Notes under the pieces: generated by a model
Database searches by the model: none
What the model saw: only the letters and a program-made list of their open reading frames with translations
What the model was told of the DNA's origin: nothing
Shown: one piece after another, positions 19,173 through 29,739 of the stretch
How positions within the stretch are numbered: position 1 is the stretch's first letter
Layout of the letters: each line of letters opens with the position of its first letter
Sequence record: PZ583738.1
Length of the DNA stretch: 64,000 nucleotides
From: a phage
Strand: one strand, 5' to 3'
Made by a program: the position numbers and the translations under genes

Positions 19173-21239
19173 ATGTCTGAACAATTAAATGAACTCTTTG
19201 ACACCGATACAGAAGGTCTGAACTACCCTGTCATTGATATGAACCCGAAATATAAAGTACCACAGGTGTGGCACTTCGCTGTTCCTGGTACAGATTCTCT
19301 TATGGCTCGTTTGATGCAATTCACGGGCAAAGAAACTGTTAAACAATATAAACGTGGCGATGCGATTGCTGAGGTATTCCTGCTCTCCGGTACTTCACAC
19401 GGTCATGCTGTTCCTCTGAAAGGCGGTTTAGGTGAAAAACCTATTGATGCGATTAACCTGATTTTTACTACTGTCTGGGAAAGCATTAAACTAGGCAAAC
19501 CAGATGTAGTATTGTTCCGTTTCCCATCCAAAAAGATGAAAGGACAAGAGCAAGCTGTTATTCGTATTATGACTCGACTGATTCAGATGAAAACTGGTGG
19601 CCGTTATCGTGTTCTTCCGAATGCTTCTGGCCTTGGTAAAAAGAACGCATACGTAATTATGTACAAAAAAGGTGTTGACCTGCTTTCGGTTGATGGTATG
19701 CCACCAGTCCCTGCGAAATATCAAAAAGTCGAAACTAAAGTTGGCGATGTATTCACTGATAAAGATACAGGTACACAGGTTTCCAACCAAGAAATCGCGG
19801 CCGAGATTCTGATTGATGCAGCAAACAAAAAGACTGATGCTTCTGTTGCGCAGAAAACAAAAATCAGTCGCAGAGCTATCGCACAGGCCCAGTATGCACT
19901 TCGAGATGAAGTTCCCGAAGGTTGGGATGAAATTGATGCAGAAGCTGCTAAATTTAGCAAACCGGTAACTGCTGAACCAATAAAGAATTATAAAGAATTA
20001 CAAACTATTATTAAACCATCGGATGCTAATGCGATGTTCCGTATGAAAGCAGCAGATTATGCTATGCGTTCTAACGGGGTGTGGAAAGAAGAAATTCGTA
20101 TTGAAGATACTGACCCTATTTTTAATCGCATGCACCGTGAACTTAAACGTGCTCCGGTTGGCAGTATGAAGCAGATGCAGATTTTTGCTGAGTCATGTGC
20201 TGAGGTTCTTAATCTACGTAAAGCCGCATTTATCGAAAAACAAATGGCTTCTGCTCCACCAAATCTAAATGCAGCCGAATATGCAGCAGAGCTTTGGGAA
20301 AAAGAATATACTGCGGGAATTCGTGCGGCAGTTAATGATTTTGCAGACGACTCCACCGAAAGTATCTTGAATTTCGTTAGTAGCTACAATGAAGCCGCCC
20401 GTTTTACCGTAAGTCAAAAAGGAACAATCATGGGTTATTGTGGCGTTAACTATATTGACATCAACAATTATTTGATGGGTAATTATTACGAGGAAGAAGC
20501 TGAATTCCTTAATAGCGCTAAAGATGTTGCACATAAAATAAAAGTGATGGACTCGGCATTTGAGGTTGGTCAAAAACTACCTCCAGATATTACTCTATGG
20601 CGTGGTCAATATCTAAACGTTCCTACGTTTAATAAAATTAAGCAGTCGAAGTTATTTTATTTCCGTAACTATGTATCAACATCCCTTAAACCGATTATCT
20701 TTGGCGGTTGGGTTGCAAACGTTGCTATGGCTGCAGTTCATCAGGATTATCGCGATGGAACCACTTTCCAGGGTGACGAGGAAATTGTGCTTCCTAATAT
20801 TCCTGGGGCAAATCCTGATAATGCAATGATGCATGTCGGTTGGAAAATCTCTGGAGCTGATTTAATTAACGTCATTCTTCCTGGTCAATTATCTAACAAC
20901 ACATCCGAGCAGGAAGTTATTCTTCCTCGTGGGACTGTAGTTAAGATTACCAAGATTACCGATGCATCGTATAAAGGAAACGCAAACGTCAAACTGTTGG
21001 AAGCTGATATCCAGACTACCGAAATGCTGGATGAAAATGCAGTTATCTATGATGGTGATGTGTTGATGGAAACTGGTGAGCTTGTCGTTTATCAGGGCGA
21101 GGAATCAGAAGAGCCAGTAGAATCTGTTGACTTTGCATCGTTTGCATCCTCTGGGGTAACGAAGAAAGTCAATCAAGGTCTTGGTATTCTTGCTAGTTGT
21201 ATTAATTTGGAAGCTATTCCTCCTAAATTCCTTTCGTAG
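19173..21239 (+). CDS. alt: Alt-like ADP-ribosyltransferase (virion-packaged)
   Basis: 688 aa; blocks matching T4 Alt as I recall it (KISRRAIAQ, FYFRNYVSTSL, EVILPRG, DFASF); TATAAATA late promoter ~30 nt upstream. Confidence 0.9.
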   Translation: MSEQLNELFDTDTEGLNYPVIDMNPKYKVPQVWHFAVPGTDSLMARLMQFTGKETVKQYKRGDAIAEVFLLSGTSHGHAVPLKGGLGEKPIDAINLIFTTVWESIKLGKPDVVLFRFPSKKMKGQEQAVIRIMTRLIQMKTGGRYRVLPNASGLGKKNAYVIMYKKGVDLLSVDGMPPVPAKYQKVETKVGDVFTDKDTGTQVSNQEIAAEILIDAANKKTDASVAQKTKISRRAIAQAQYALRDEVPEGWDEIDAEAAKFSKPVTAEPIKNYKELQTIIKPSDANAMFRMKAADYAMRSNGVWKEEIRIEDTDPIFNRMHRELKRAPVGSMKQMQIFAESCAEVLNLRKAAFIEKQMASAPPNLNAAEYAAELWEKEYTAGIRAAVNDFADDSTESILNFVSSYNEAARFTVSQKGTIMGYCGVNYIDINNYLMGNYYEEEAEFLNSAKDVAHKIKVMDSAFEVGQKLPPDITLWRGQYLNVPTFNKIKQSKLFYFRNYVSTSLKPIIFGGWVANVAMAAVHQDYRDGTTFQGDEEIVLPNIPGANPDNAMMHVGWKISGADLINVILPGQLSNNTSEQEVILPRGTVVKITKITDASYKGNANVKLLEADIQTTEMLDENAVIYDGDVLMETGELVVYQGEESEEPVESVDFASFASSGVTKKVNQGLGILASCINLEAIPPKFLS

Positions 21240-21242
21240 GGG

Positions 21243-21272
21243 GTTTACAAGCACAAGGAAGTGCGATACAAT
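21243..21272 (+). promoter_or_regulatory. early promoter (GTTTAC -35, 18-nt spacer, TACAAT -10)
   Basis: Upstream of ORF 21304. Confidence 0.55.
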
Positions 21273-21303
21273 GTTCATATCAATTGCACATGAGGAAAAC
21301 AAA

Positions 21304-21594
21304 ATGAAATCATCTTTTCGCTTTAATGGTCAGGAACTGGTAGTTGAGAATGTTATCCCGGCTTCAGAAGAGTTTGACAGCGCGGTAGGTAATGAACTGC
21401 GGCGAGTGTTTGGCGAAGATAAGAAGTTTGACCTTCGCCCTGTTGAAAACTTTGTAAATTCTGAACAAACAGAAAATATTTTTAATGGTGTAGTAACTGG
21501 ACAACTTGAATCTGAAGCACCAATTGCAATTACAGTCTTTGTTAAGAAAGAAGCTGTCATGACTGCAGCAGGTTTCATTTCATTCCGCAAATAA
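21304..21594 (+). CDS. hypothetical protein (alt.-x position)
   Basis: 97 aa from ATG with GAGGAAAA RBS after an early promoter; followed by bidirectional terminator. Confidence 0.55.
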   Translation: MKSSFRFNGQELVVENVIPASEEFDSAVGNELRRVFGEDKKFDLRPVENFVNSEQTENIFNGVVTGQLESEAPIAITVFVKKEAVMTAAGFISFRK

Positions 21595-21598
21595 AAAA

Positions 21599-21620
21599 GG
21601 GACCTTCGGGTCCCTTTCTT
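21599..21620. terminator. bidirectional terminator GGGACC-TTCG-GGTCCC flanked by A-run and T-run
   Basis: Between convergent ORF 21304 (plus) and gene 54 (minus). Confidence 0.8.
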
Positions 21621-21621
21621 T

Positions 21622-22581
21622 TTATAATATACGTTGACTTCCACCGGAGATTGTTCTCCCAGAACCAGTGAACGTATTGTATAGACTTGTTAACCCAGAT
21701 TGAGCACCAGACAAGCGACTCAATTTGGCAACTTCTGAGTTCAAGTTGTTATCTGAACTAATACCAGATACACCCTTAATAACCTTATCTTCCAACCATT
21801 CCAATGCCGCAGCTCTTCCCACCGCACCAGTTGACATAACGCGATAAGCAAAAGTCACATCAAATGTAGCTATCTGATTATCCCCTTCATAGCTCAATTC
21901 AGGCGCTGATACACTTACAGGAACACAACCAGTTAACATAACAACCGTATGCGGTAACCCATTACGCGAATGAAGGTTAACCTGAATATCAGCTTCAACG
22001 TCTTCAGGCAAGGCCCTTAGCTGGGTAACTGGGTCCTGTACAGAGTTGACCCAATCGTTAAATGCTCTAAAGTTCCCTGCCTCTGAATCCATTCTAAAAC
22101 TCAATACCAACGGAGAATATTCTCTCCCGGTTATCTTGATATTTGGTGCATTATGGTTAAGGTCCATTTCGTAGTTCAATGTGTTATCTGGAAGCTTAAC
22201 AGAGTGAACTAATAGACCAGCCGTTGGATAAGCCATATTAAAGAAATCAAGCAGGTAAGTACCAACCTCAAATTCCCCTAATAACGATTGCACAACACGG
22301 TTACTCATTGCCCCGATAAGATATTTGCTTATCCCTGATTTGCGAATAAGCTTTTGTGTCCCGGCAGTAACAAGAGTTGTTATCCCCTGAGTTAAGTCAC
22401 CTTGAGTTAATCCGAACCAATCTGAGTTAACAGGAAGGTTACTGAATAATGCGCCGCCGAACTGGTCCAGAAGATTCTGAGATTTGGAGGAAGGCGTGGT
22501 CGCGAAGACCACACTAAAAAGGTTATTCCTCTGCAAGTCGATATTAATCGCTTGTGTTTGAAATTCTTGTAAAGTAAACAT
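21622..22581 (-). CDS. 54: baseplate tail-tube initiator gp54
   Basis: 319 aa; strong colinearity with T4 gp54 (RNNLFSVVFATTPS...GITTLVTAGTQKLIRKSG...). Confidence 0.93.
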   Translation of the reverse strand: MFTLQEFQTQAINIDLQRNNLFSVVFATTPSSKSQNLLDQFGGALFSNLPVNSDWFGLTQGDLTQGITTLVTAGTQKLIRKSGISKYLIGAMSNRVVQSLLGEFEVGTYLLDFFNMAYPTAGLLVHSVKLPDNTLNYEMDLNHNAPNIKITGREYSPLVLSFRMDSEAGNFRAFNDWVNSVQDPVTQLRALPEDVEADIQVNLHSRNGLPHTVVMLTGCVPVSVSAPELSYEGDNQIATFDVTFAYRVMSTGAVGRAAALEWLEDKVIKGVSGISSDNNLNSEVAKLSRLSGAQSGLTSLYNTFTGSGRTISGGSQRIL

Positions 22582-23675
22582 TAGAAACCTTCCGCATATA
22601 GTGAGCCACGGTTAAGCGTAATGATTTCACGGAAAGTGATTTCAAGTACAAAAGTCGATGGCAGGTTAGGAGCAATAGCTAATCCACCGAAATGACCATC
22701 CGGAGATTTATCGAATCTTATGCTCTGAATCTGACATGGCCCAAATAGCTCCCCACGACCATCGTATGAGCTTGTATCACCGAAGTTGCGGATATACCAG
22801 ATGGTAGGGTTAGAGACCACCAGAACGTTCGTTAGGAAGCTTGTTATCTCTTCACCGAGCAACTTGCCATCAAAGTTATCGATTGCTTCCTTTTTAAAGG
22901 TGGATTTATACCATGTATCGATTTTATCTTTCAGCTCGGAAGCAAACGAACTTTTACCGGTTTCCCCATAGGAGTAATAGTTAAAAATCTCGTATATCTT
23001 CACTATCTGGATTAAGTCTTGGGCCGAACGTGGAGTCATTTCCCAGGTATAAACTTTTGTCCTGTTATCCGGACCAGCATACATGCTTCGTGCGGTTGTG
23101 TAAATCTGTTCGCCATGGTCAGCCATTACACCGTTTGTAACTGATTCGAGTGCGCCGAAAACTGCAGTCGATGCGATGTTACTAAGAATACCTGTAGCTG
23201 AGCCGCCACCTTTCGTAATAAGAGATTCACCAACATCGTTGAATCGGTGCGATACGGATTCTACATCAGACTTCGAACGAGGCAACAGGATATTTGCAAC
23301 AGCGTTTGAATCAAAACTTTTACCTGTTGAGCCAGCGCCGGTTAATTTCGATTTAGCAAAAGATGTTAAACTTTTAACCGGGTTAAATGAAGCACCATTG
23401 GAAACTTTCTTTAATGAAGTCAATTGGCTTGACCTGTCTGAGCGTAATTCCGGAGATGTTCTTGAACTGAAATTGTATGCCGTGAATAACAGACCATTTT
23501 TATAAAGGTCATTAACTCGCATATCATCTGAAGAATCATTACCGGAAGCTCGTTCTGCTGGATATTGCGCCACAATAGTAGCTTGAGTCTGGGCAGCTTT
23601 TGACTGCCCAGCGGAGGTCTTAGAACCTCCGTTAAATAAACCCGCAATATCAATATCGAGTTCTTTTACTTTCAT
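22581..23675 (-). CDS. 48: baseplate tail-tube cap gp48
   Basis: 364 aa; matches T4 gp48 (SAGQSKA...VAQYPAERASGND...MRVNDLYKNGLLFTAYNFSSRTSP). Confidence 0.93.
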   Translation of the reverse strand: MKVKELDIDIAGLFNGGSKTSAGQSKAAQTQATIVAQYPAERASGNDSSDDMRVNDLYKNGLLFTAYNFSSRTSPELRSDRSSQLTSLKKVSNGASFNPVKSLTSFAKSKLTGAGSTGKSFDSNAVANILLPRSKSDVESVSHRFNDVGESLITKGGGSATGILSNIASTAVFGALESVTNGVMADHGEQIYTTARSMYAGPDNRTKVYTWEMTPRSAQDLIQIVKIYEIFNYYSYGETGKSSFASELKDKIDTWYKSTFKKEAIDNFDGKLLGEEITSFLTNVLVVSNPTIWYIRNFGDTSSYDGRGELFGPCQIQSIRFDKSPDGHFGGLAIAPNLPSTFVLEITFREIITLNRGSLYAEGF

Positions 23676-23683
23676 GTTATTCC

Positions 23684-25429
23684 TTAGTTAATTCTCGTGG
23701 CCTGTCTCATGCCAGGGGCAGGGGTTGAACTTTGAGGAGGCATATTGTATTGCGTCCTGGAAGTCTTCTGAATATTATTGACCGTGTTAATTTGTGCCTG
23801 AGCTGGTACATCCTTGTATTTATTTTCTTTGGCCTTCATGCCTTCGTCAACCTTCGCAGCTTGTTGTGCATCCGGAGAAGTCTTAACATCCGGCGGTTTA
23901 ACTTTCGGTTCGTCTTTGAACTTCTCGAGAGACTTATCAAGTTTTTCCAACAGGGCGCGCATATTCAGGTCTTTCGGAGCTCCACCTTTTGCCATAGCTG
24001 GGTCAGCTAATTGTTTTTCAATGTTAGCTCTCATTTCCATCGCATTCTTTTTATCGGTTGCGTCTGGCTTCATTAGGTTGTCAGCAGTTTGTGTCAAACG
24101 AATAATATCAGCCTGTGCTTTGTCACGCTTCTTGAAATAGTCCAGACGTTCTTCTTCCGGAAGGTCTCTGAAGCTTGTGTCAATCCCACCTGCGCGAAGC
24201 TGGTCAGCTTGTTCCTTGGTAAGGTTACCATATTTTTCGGCTTGATTAATTAGTTCAGGTTTATCCTTATACTTCTTATTCATCTTCTCTGCAGCTTCCA
24301 TTGCTTCGGCCGAACGTTTGTCATGATATTTTGCTATCTTGGTTTGGTCTTCATCATCCAGAGTTGCCCCTGTATTTTGCTGATAAGACATCAATGCAGA
24401 GGCTTCCACATTATCTGCTAAATCACCCATCCCAGGGATTTTGCTTAAGATAGCTGAAATCAGTTTCGAAATACCGAGCATAAGAAGTTGAGCCATGTTC
24501 TTCGTTAAGTTGACCATCCCACGGATAATAGCTTCAGCTAATCCCAACCAGTTCCTTTCACTAAACATCGCTTCGGCGTTCTTAGCCCAGGTCATTAGTC
24601 CTTCAAGCAGCGGTCCCCATTCTTTGAACTTGTCATTAAATTCGGCCCATCCTTTTTCGAATTGCTTCATGAAATATTGGAAGTAAACTCGTATCGCATC
24701 GATACCAAATACCAACAACAATAATCCACCAATAAGCTTGGCTGCTTCGGCTGCTGCCGTAATTGTATATTTGAACAGCATCCCGGAGATTCGGTCAGCA
24801 ACAGAAACCGATGCCTTAAATCCTTTTTCGGTTATCTTCGAAAGGGTGTCAAGCTTATCACCAAGTGACCAGGTATTAGTCTCTTTACCTTCTGCATCGT
24901 TTTTTGGCTGTTCTGGTTCCGGAATGAAGTCAGCGTCGGGCTTTTGTTCTTCTGGCGGTATGAGCGCTGGAACGCTCGCTGTGGGCTTATTCTCTTCAGG
25001 CTCTGGTAGTGCATCCTCCACAGGTTTAAGGCTTTCAGAACCAGCCACAGGAGACGTGACGCCTATTTTACCGCTTATCATTGCACTGAGTTTGTCGAGC
25101 TTATCCGAGAGAATATCCGTGAGGTTTTTAATCCCTTGTTGAGTCTTCTCGGTGGCTTCGGCCGTTAGTTCGACCCCAGCACTGATATCCTGGAGGACTC
25201 CATTGTTGGTCTGGATATTCTCAATAATCTGATTACCCTTATCCTCAATAGCTTCCGATACAAGTTCGGTTGCAGCCTGAGTATTTGTAAGAGTTGTATT
25301 CAGATTCGATAATTCATCATTCTGTTCAGCAGAGAGGGCTTCCGCCCTCCTTTGTGGTGCTAATTCTTCGATAAGCTTTTTATTCGGTCCACCGCGTCTG
25401 AAGCTTGTTTGTTCGGAGTTCTTATTCAT
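23684..25429 (-). CDS. 29: baseplate hub / tail-length determinator gp29
   Basis: 581 aa, coiled-coil/Ala-rich tape-measure-like composition; position between gp48 and gp28. Confidence 0.88.
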   Translation of the reverse strand: MNKNSEQTSFRRGGPNKKLIEELAPQRRAEALSAEQNDELSNLNTTLTNTQAATELVSEAIEDKGNQIIENIQTNNGVLQDISAGVELTAEATEKTQQGIKNLTDILSDKLDKLSAMISGKIGVTSPVAGSESLKPVEDALPEPEENKPTASVPALIPPEEQKPDADFIPEPEQPKNDAEGKETNTWSLGDKLDTLSKITEKGFKASVSVADRISGMLFKYTITAAAEAAKLIGGLLLLVFGIDAIRVYFQYFMKQFEKGWAEFNDKFKEWGPLLEGLMTWAKNAEAMFSERNWLGLAEAIIRGMVNLTKNMAQLLMLGISKLISAILSKIPGMGDLADNVEASALMSYQQNTGATLDDEDQTKIAKYHDKRSAEAMEAAEKMNKKYKDKPELINQAEKYGNLTKEQADQLRAGGIDTSFRDLPEEERLDYFKKRDKAQADIIRLTQTADNLMKPDATDKKNAMEMRANIEKQLADPAMAKGGAPKDLNMRALLEKLDKSLEKFKDEPKVKPPDVKTSPDAQQAAKVDEGMKAKENKYKDVPAQAQINTVNNIQKTSRTQYNMPPQSSTPAPGMRQATRIN

Positions 25430-25940
25430 TTAGGAGTTCCATTATTTTCAGTAACCCCTTAACAGGACCATTCGGACCCGGGATTGCTAATGTGCTTGTG
25501 ATATTGTCTGCCCACTTAGCAACAAAAGCAGGCATATCCAGAAAGTCTGGAACATCTTCCCCGAGATAAAGGGTCTCCAGGAGATTGTCAACTGGTCCGA
25601 ATTCTTCATACGGTTTATTGGAGCGGAATTTAAAGGTCTTTCCTTGATAAGAGAATTCAAGGCGCTGACAGATATAAACATCATCCAGCTTATATGTAAA
25701 TCCATTAATCTCGCGTTTGTCTTTTAGCTTACCATTGAATTCCAGAAGATGTAAAGATACAAAGTCGGATTCGGCTGCTGTGAGATTAGGGAATATCGAT
25801 TGCATAATCTTTCTTAATGCCGCATAAGGGTTAGCTTCATTTTTAATCAGATTGTGATGCTTGAGACCAAGCTTAGGAACATGAATCTCTTTATCACCCA
25901 GCTGTATTTTCTTCGTCGGCAGAATCAGTTTTAAGTTCAT
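25422..25940 (-). CDS. 28: baseplate hub distal subunit gp28
   Basis: Start set at [16 protein letters not shown] (GAAGG RBS), matching the T4 gp28 N-terminus; track start 25982 would add 14 aa; overlaps the gp27 3' end. Confidence 0.85.
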   Translation of the reverse strand: MNLKLILPTKKIQLGDKEIHVPKLGLKHHNLIKNEANPYAALRKIMQSIFPNLTAAESDFVSLHLLEFNGKLKDKREINGFTYKLDDVYICQRLEFSYQGKTFKFRSNKPYEEFGPVDNLLETLYLGEDVPDFLDMPAFVAKWADNITSTLAIPGPNGPVKGLLKIMELLNE

Positions 25941-27063
25941 TTTTAACCTTCGGTGGTTCTTCAACTTCGATAGGCTTACCATTGGTAAACATATAGAGGT
26001 TTGTAATTGATGTATTGTTACTCACTTCATGAATAACTTCGTCTACGTAAAAATCATATTTGAATTGGTTCTTAGGGTCAAAGAAATTTATCTTATCGCC
26101 CGGGGTCAGTTCAAAGTTCCCGTATGTTTTGCAATGTGCATAACCGTCGTATTGTGACATAGTTATCAATCGTTGTGCTTCCTCGAAACCATTTCGGTAT
26201 GTGTAATCTGCATAGCCCCCGGAACGAGATACCAGAATACTGTTTTGTCCTTCCCCAAAAGTTATTCTGGTTGCGTTCTTATCAAGGAATGAATGTGCAT
26301 ACACAGTTGCGTTTTCGTATGGTTTTCTTGTGTGTTGGTTTGCCTTTGTTAACCATTCAAAATCGAAGGCCAATGGAGTCTCGAGGTTTTGTATAAACTG
26401 ACCAACCAATCGAGGTTCCCCCACCACAAAATTAATTGGCTCTTGTGATGTTAACCATTCATAATCCTGGATACTTATTCCATCAATATCTTCCCATACA
26501 AAAACAAATTTATCAGTTTCTACCGCCAGACCAACTTCCCTTATGAATTCCATATATTGGTTCATCGAATCACACCATGGAACGTTAGGAGCATAAACGT
26601 TTATGCCGTTTATTGGTGGGGAAAGTAATGGTCTATCTTGATAAATTACCCCGGTCATTTCGACTAATGTTTCCTGTACGCTCGGGTAAAACATACGACT
26701 AAATTTCAAGTCTTCAATTTCGTGAATAGGAGCCAGCTGAATTGTAATTATGTTATCACCCTTTGAATCCACGGAAACAGCAAAGTGTTTACTTCCATAT
26801 ATTCTGGATTGGGTTCGGTCAGAGTTGGCATTCTTAACGGAAATCTGAATAACCTGTTCACCATTCATTTTTGTATGCAGGTTTTTCGTATCATAGAATT
26901 GCAAGAGCCCCTCGTTTCTTCCATAAAGGGAATCGCGCATGGTTAACGTTGTAAAGGTGGCAGCTAGTTCCACAAAACGGTGTTCAAGCCATGCATCATA
27001 ATCTTCGTAAAGGCGGATGCTGATATTAGGAAAGCCTTCACGCTGCATAGATTTAACTGTCAT
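25894..27063 (-). CDS. 27: baseplate hub subunit gp27
   Basis: 389 aa; colinear with T4 gp27 ([23 protein letters not shown]...). Confidence 0.93.
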   Translation of the reverse strand: MTVKSMQREGFPNISIRLYEDYDAWLEHRFVELAATFTTLTMRDSLYGRNEGLLQFYDTKNLHTKMNGEQVIQISVKNANSDRTQSRIYGSKHFAVSVDSKGDNIITIQLAPIHEIEDLKFSRMFYPSVQETLVEMTGVIYQDRPLLSPPINGINVYAPNVPWCDSMNQYMEFIREVGLAVETDKFVFVWEDIDGISIQDYEWLTSQEPINFVVGEPRLVGQFIQNLETPLAFDFEWLTKANQHTRKPYENATVYAHSFLDKNATRITFGEGQNSILVSRSGGYADYTYRNGFEEAQRLITMSQYDGYAHCKTYGNFELTPGDKINFFDPKNQFKYDFYVDEVIHEVSNNTSITNLYMFTNGKPIEVEEPPKVKNELKTDSADEENTAG

Positions 27064-27812
27064 TTTTTCAAGTCCTTCTCAACTAGTGATAAAGCAATAC
27101 CTCGTTCAATAGGAATCATATGCATGATGCTATCTAGCGAATATTGATTCTTTACCAGCAAGTGGTTAATTTGATAAAATATAAAGACTTCATCCGGGTT
27201 AAGGATAAGCTTAAAGACGTCAAGCAGGTCAGTATATTCGGTTTTGTGTTTTTCACAACAGCCATATGTAAATGGGATATAAACTGAATGCATTTTCTTA
27301 AGGAGTGCTTCAAGGCTCTCTATATCAATTGCATCGATAACCTGCATCTTTGTTTCTTCGGGGAGGTCTTCCCAATTGTATTTTTGTTCCGAGTCTTCGA
27401 CAGTCTGGATGGTGTTTAGAACAAGCTCTGACTTATCTTTATATTCCACTTCAGGGAACTTAAACTGTATTTTTATCCCGGCGGTTTCCATCGTTGGATT
27501 TACTAATGGACCCTGATTCATGTTAAACAAAGTCTGCTTTGTCTTTTTACATTTTTGACATTCAAACGCTACCGGGACTTTTGTCTTACCGATAGAGGAA
27601 GTGAATACCTTCAGGAATATGTAAGGCCTCCATGCTTTTGGATACTCTCCAAAATAATCTTCCAACAGTTCGTCTAATAATTGTTTTTGTTCTTCGACGG
27701 GTTTGTTGTTCATGTCGTTTCGCACAAGCAGTAAATCACGGTAATCAGCGACTGTAAACGGTTTGAAACGATGAACTCCGTCTGGCATTTCACATCTTAC
27801 GATATTGGCCAT
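27060..27812 (-). CDS. 51: baseplate hub assembly catalyst gp51
   Basis: 250 aa Cys-rich ORF; position and size as T4 gp51; TATAAATA immediately upstream on minus strand. Confidence 0.85.
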   Translation of the reverse strand: MANIVRCEMPDGVHRFKPFTVADYRDLLLVRNDMNNKPVEEQKQLLDELLEDYFGEYPKAWRPYIFLKVFTSSIGKTKVPVAFECQKCKKTKQTLFNMNQGPLVNPTMETAGIKIQFKFPEVEYKDKSELVLNTIQTVEDSEQKYNWEDLPEETKMQVIDAIDIESLEALLKKMHSVYIPFTYGCCEKHKTEYTDLLDVFKLILNPDEVFIFYQINHLLVKNQYSLDSIMHMIPIERGIALSLVEKDLKK

Positions 27813-27836
27813 AGAATCCCCTTTTATCTTTATTGA

Positions 27837-27848
27837 TATTTATAAATA
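27837..27848. promoter_or_regulatory. overlapping divergent late promoters (palindromic TATTTATAAATA)
   Basis: Reads TATAAATA on both strands; between divergent genes 51 (minus) and 26 (plus). Confidence 0.65.
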
Positions 27849-27865
27849 CAGTAAAGGAGCAAATT

Positions 27866-28489
27866 ATGACTTATGAATTTATTGTCCAAATTAAAAATAA
27901 AACTATAAATTGTAGGGCTTTTACCTTGCGCGAATACAAAGATTTGCTTCAGGCAAAATTAGAAAAGCGTATGGAACCTGCAATAATTGAACTGCTTAAT
28001 AAATGCACTGATGCTAAAGGGTTAAACAAACAGGAAGCTGAACTGCTTCTTATTAATCTCTGGGCAAATAGTCTCGGAGCTGTTAACGTCGAGCATACAT
28101 GGGTATGTGAGTGCGGAAAGGAACAAGATATTCCTGTGACTATAAGTCGCGCAAGCATCGTGGATGAGTCTGAAGTTATTCGTGATTTCGGGGCGTTTAA
28201 AATTAAATTCCGTTATCCTGGACTGTTTGAAGATGGTGATAAAGGAAAAATGATTGCTTGTTGTATCGAATATATTATCACGGAAGGCGGTGAGCGCATC
28301 GTTGTTGATGACTTAAATGAGGCTGAAATCGAGGACCTGTACAATGCAATTACCCTCGATGATATAAATGCACTAACAGAAGAACTTCTCAAGCCGCAGG
28401 TCCAAATGGCTATTCCTATCTCTTGCGAGTGTGGAGCACATTCTGTCCATGTAATTAAGGGGCTTAAAGAATTCTTTAAGTTTATGTAA
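27866..28489 (+). CDS. 26: baseplate hub subunit gp26
   Basis: 207 aa from ATG with AAGGAG RBS (track start 27833 is TTG and would include the late promoter); divergent from gene 51. Confidence 0.85.
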   Translation: MTYEFIVQIKNKTINCRAFTLREYKDLLQAKLEKRMEPAIIELLNKCTDAKGLNKQEAELLLINLWANSLGAVNVEHTWVCECGKEQDIPVTISRASIVDESEVIRDFGAFKIKFRYPGLFEDGDKGKMIACCIEYIITEGGERIVVDDLNEAEIEDLYNAITLDDINALTEELLKPQVQMAIPISCECGAHSVHVIKGLKEFFKFM

Positions 28490-28879
28490 ATGAATATAAA
28501 CAAAATGTATAGCGATGTGTCTCCCGACTTATCTACAAGTTGGGATAAAGACGTTGCTAAAGTAACCGGGGCAAGGTCTGTTAAGAACAGTCTTTTGGGA
28601 ATAATCACCACAAGAAAAGGGTCAAGGCCTTTTATGCCTGAATTTGGATGTGATATAAGTAATCAGCTTTTTGAGAATATCACTCCATTAATCACAGATA
28701 CCATTAAACGCAACATCGTCTCCGCGGTGCGGAACTTTGAACCAAGGATAAGCAATCTGCAGGTTGCAGTTGTCCCCATGTATGATGATAACTCTATTAT
28801 CGTAACAGTTCAGTTCAGCATTGTTGATGACCCCGATACCCTCGAACAAATCAGGATTCAGCTAAGTCAAAACGGTTAA
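28490..28879 (+). CDS. 25: baseplate wedge protein gp25
   Basis: 129 aa; NSLLGIITTRKGSRPF.PEFGCD block matches T4 gp25. Confidence 0.93.
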   Translation: MNINKMYSDVSPDLSTSWDKDVAKVTGARSVKNSLLGIITTRKGSRPFMPEFGCDISNQLFENITPLITDTIKRNIVSAVRNFEPRISNLQVAVVPMYDDNSIIVTVQFSIVDDPDTLEQIRIQLSQNG

Positions 28880-28904
28880 TGCTTTAATTTTATGGCTGTA
28901 TAAT
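28880..28904 (+). promoter_or_regulatory. middle promoter for uvsY (MotA box TGCTTTA, 12-nt spacer, TATAAT) with GGTTCTAGACC extension
   Basis: T4 uvsY is a known middle gene. Confidence 0.6.
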
Positions 28905-28932
28905 GGTTCTAGACCCTTACATTGGATACATT

Positions 28933-29367
28933 ATGAAAACAGAGATTGAATATAAGTTAGAAGTCTTTCAGGATGAGTTGGATGCAGATTTAAAAATTGA
29001 TGGTACACAACTTCAATATGAAACACAAAACAACGTTTTGTTGCATAGCAAATGGTTGAGATTGTATACCAACTGCAAGAAAGAAATAATGCGTCTTGAG
29101 ATTCAGAAGAAAACTGCACTGAAAAAACGACTAGACCATTATACAGGAAGGGGTGACCCAGGGGAAGAAGTATGCATGGATGTGTACGAGAAGTCAGAAT
29201 TGAAAACAGTCATGGCCGCAGATTCAAGCGTACTGAAGATTGATACGTCAATTCAGTATTGGACACTGCTCCAGGACTTCTGTAGCGCTGCATTAGATGG
29301 TGTTAAGTCACGAAGTTTCGCACTTAAACATATGTTAGAAATAAGACAATTTGAGGCGGGCAAGTAA
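28933..29367 (+). CDS. uvsY: recombination mediator UvsY
   Basis: 144 aa from ATG at 28933; LQYE..NNV.L.SKWL...KK...R.E.QKK.ALK.RLD.Y.GRGD matches T4 UvsY; MotA-box middle promoter upstream. Confidence 0.93.
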   Translation: MKTEIEYKLEVFQDELDADLKIDGTQLQYETQNNVLLHSKWLRLYTNCKKEIMRLEIQKKTALKKRLDHYTGRGDPGEEVCMDVYEKSELKTVMAADSSVLKIDTSIQYWTLLQDFCSAALDGVKSRSFALKHMLEIRQFEAGK

Positions 29368-29600
29368 TGCGATATTCTATCGACGATGCGTTTAACCAAG
29401 ACGAAGAGTTCGAAGAAGAAATTAAGTATATGATGAAGGAATGGAAATTGAATCGTGCAGATATTCGTATCTGCGCTGACCACCCTTGTGGTGAAGATGT
29501 TATCTATGTTAAAGGTAAATTTGCAGGATACATCGATGATGCGTTCTATTCTCACAATATGGGAATAGATACTGGTATGAGATACTTTAAGGAAAATTAA
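29367..29600 (+). CDS. hypothetical protein (uvsY.-1 position)
   Basis: 77-aa Cys-containing ORF, start overlaps uvsY stop. Confidence 0.6.
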   Translation: MRYSIDDAFNQDEEFEEEIKYMMKEWKLNRADIRICADHPCGEDVIYVKGKFAGYIDDAFYSHNMGIDTGMRYFKEN

Positions 29601-29711
29601 ATGAAAAATATTAGTAAGATTCTCGACGAGATGGTTATCTCTGCAAACCGAATAACCGAAATTGTTAATGAGATGAAAGCTCGTGCTGCTATTATGAAGA
29701 GCACTAAATAG
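29601..29711 (+). CDS. hypothetical 36-aa ORF
   Basis: ATG immediately after upstream stop; below track size cut-off; weak support. Confidence 0.3.
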   Translation: MKNISKILDEMVISANRITEIVNEMKARAAIMKSTK

Positions 29712-29739
29712 ATATGTAAGTTTAACTGAGGAGACAATC

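Noticed and set aside
19491-20573. Several 79-102-aa minus-strand ORFs
   Set aside because: All lie antisense within the alt coding region.
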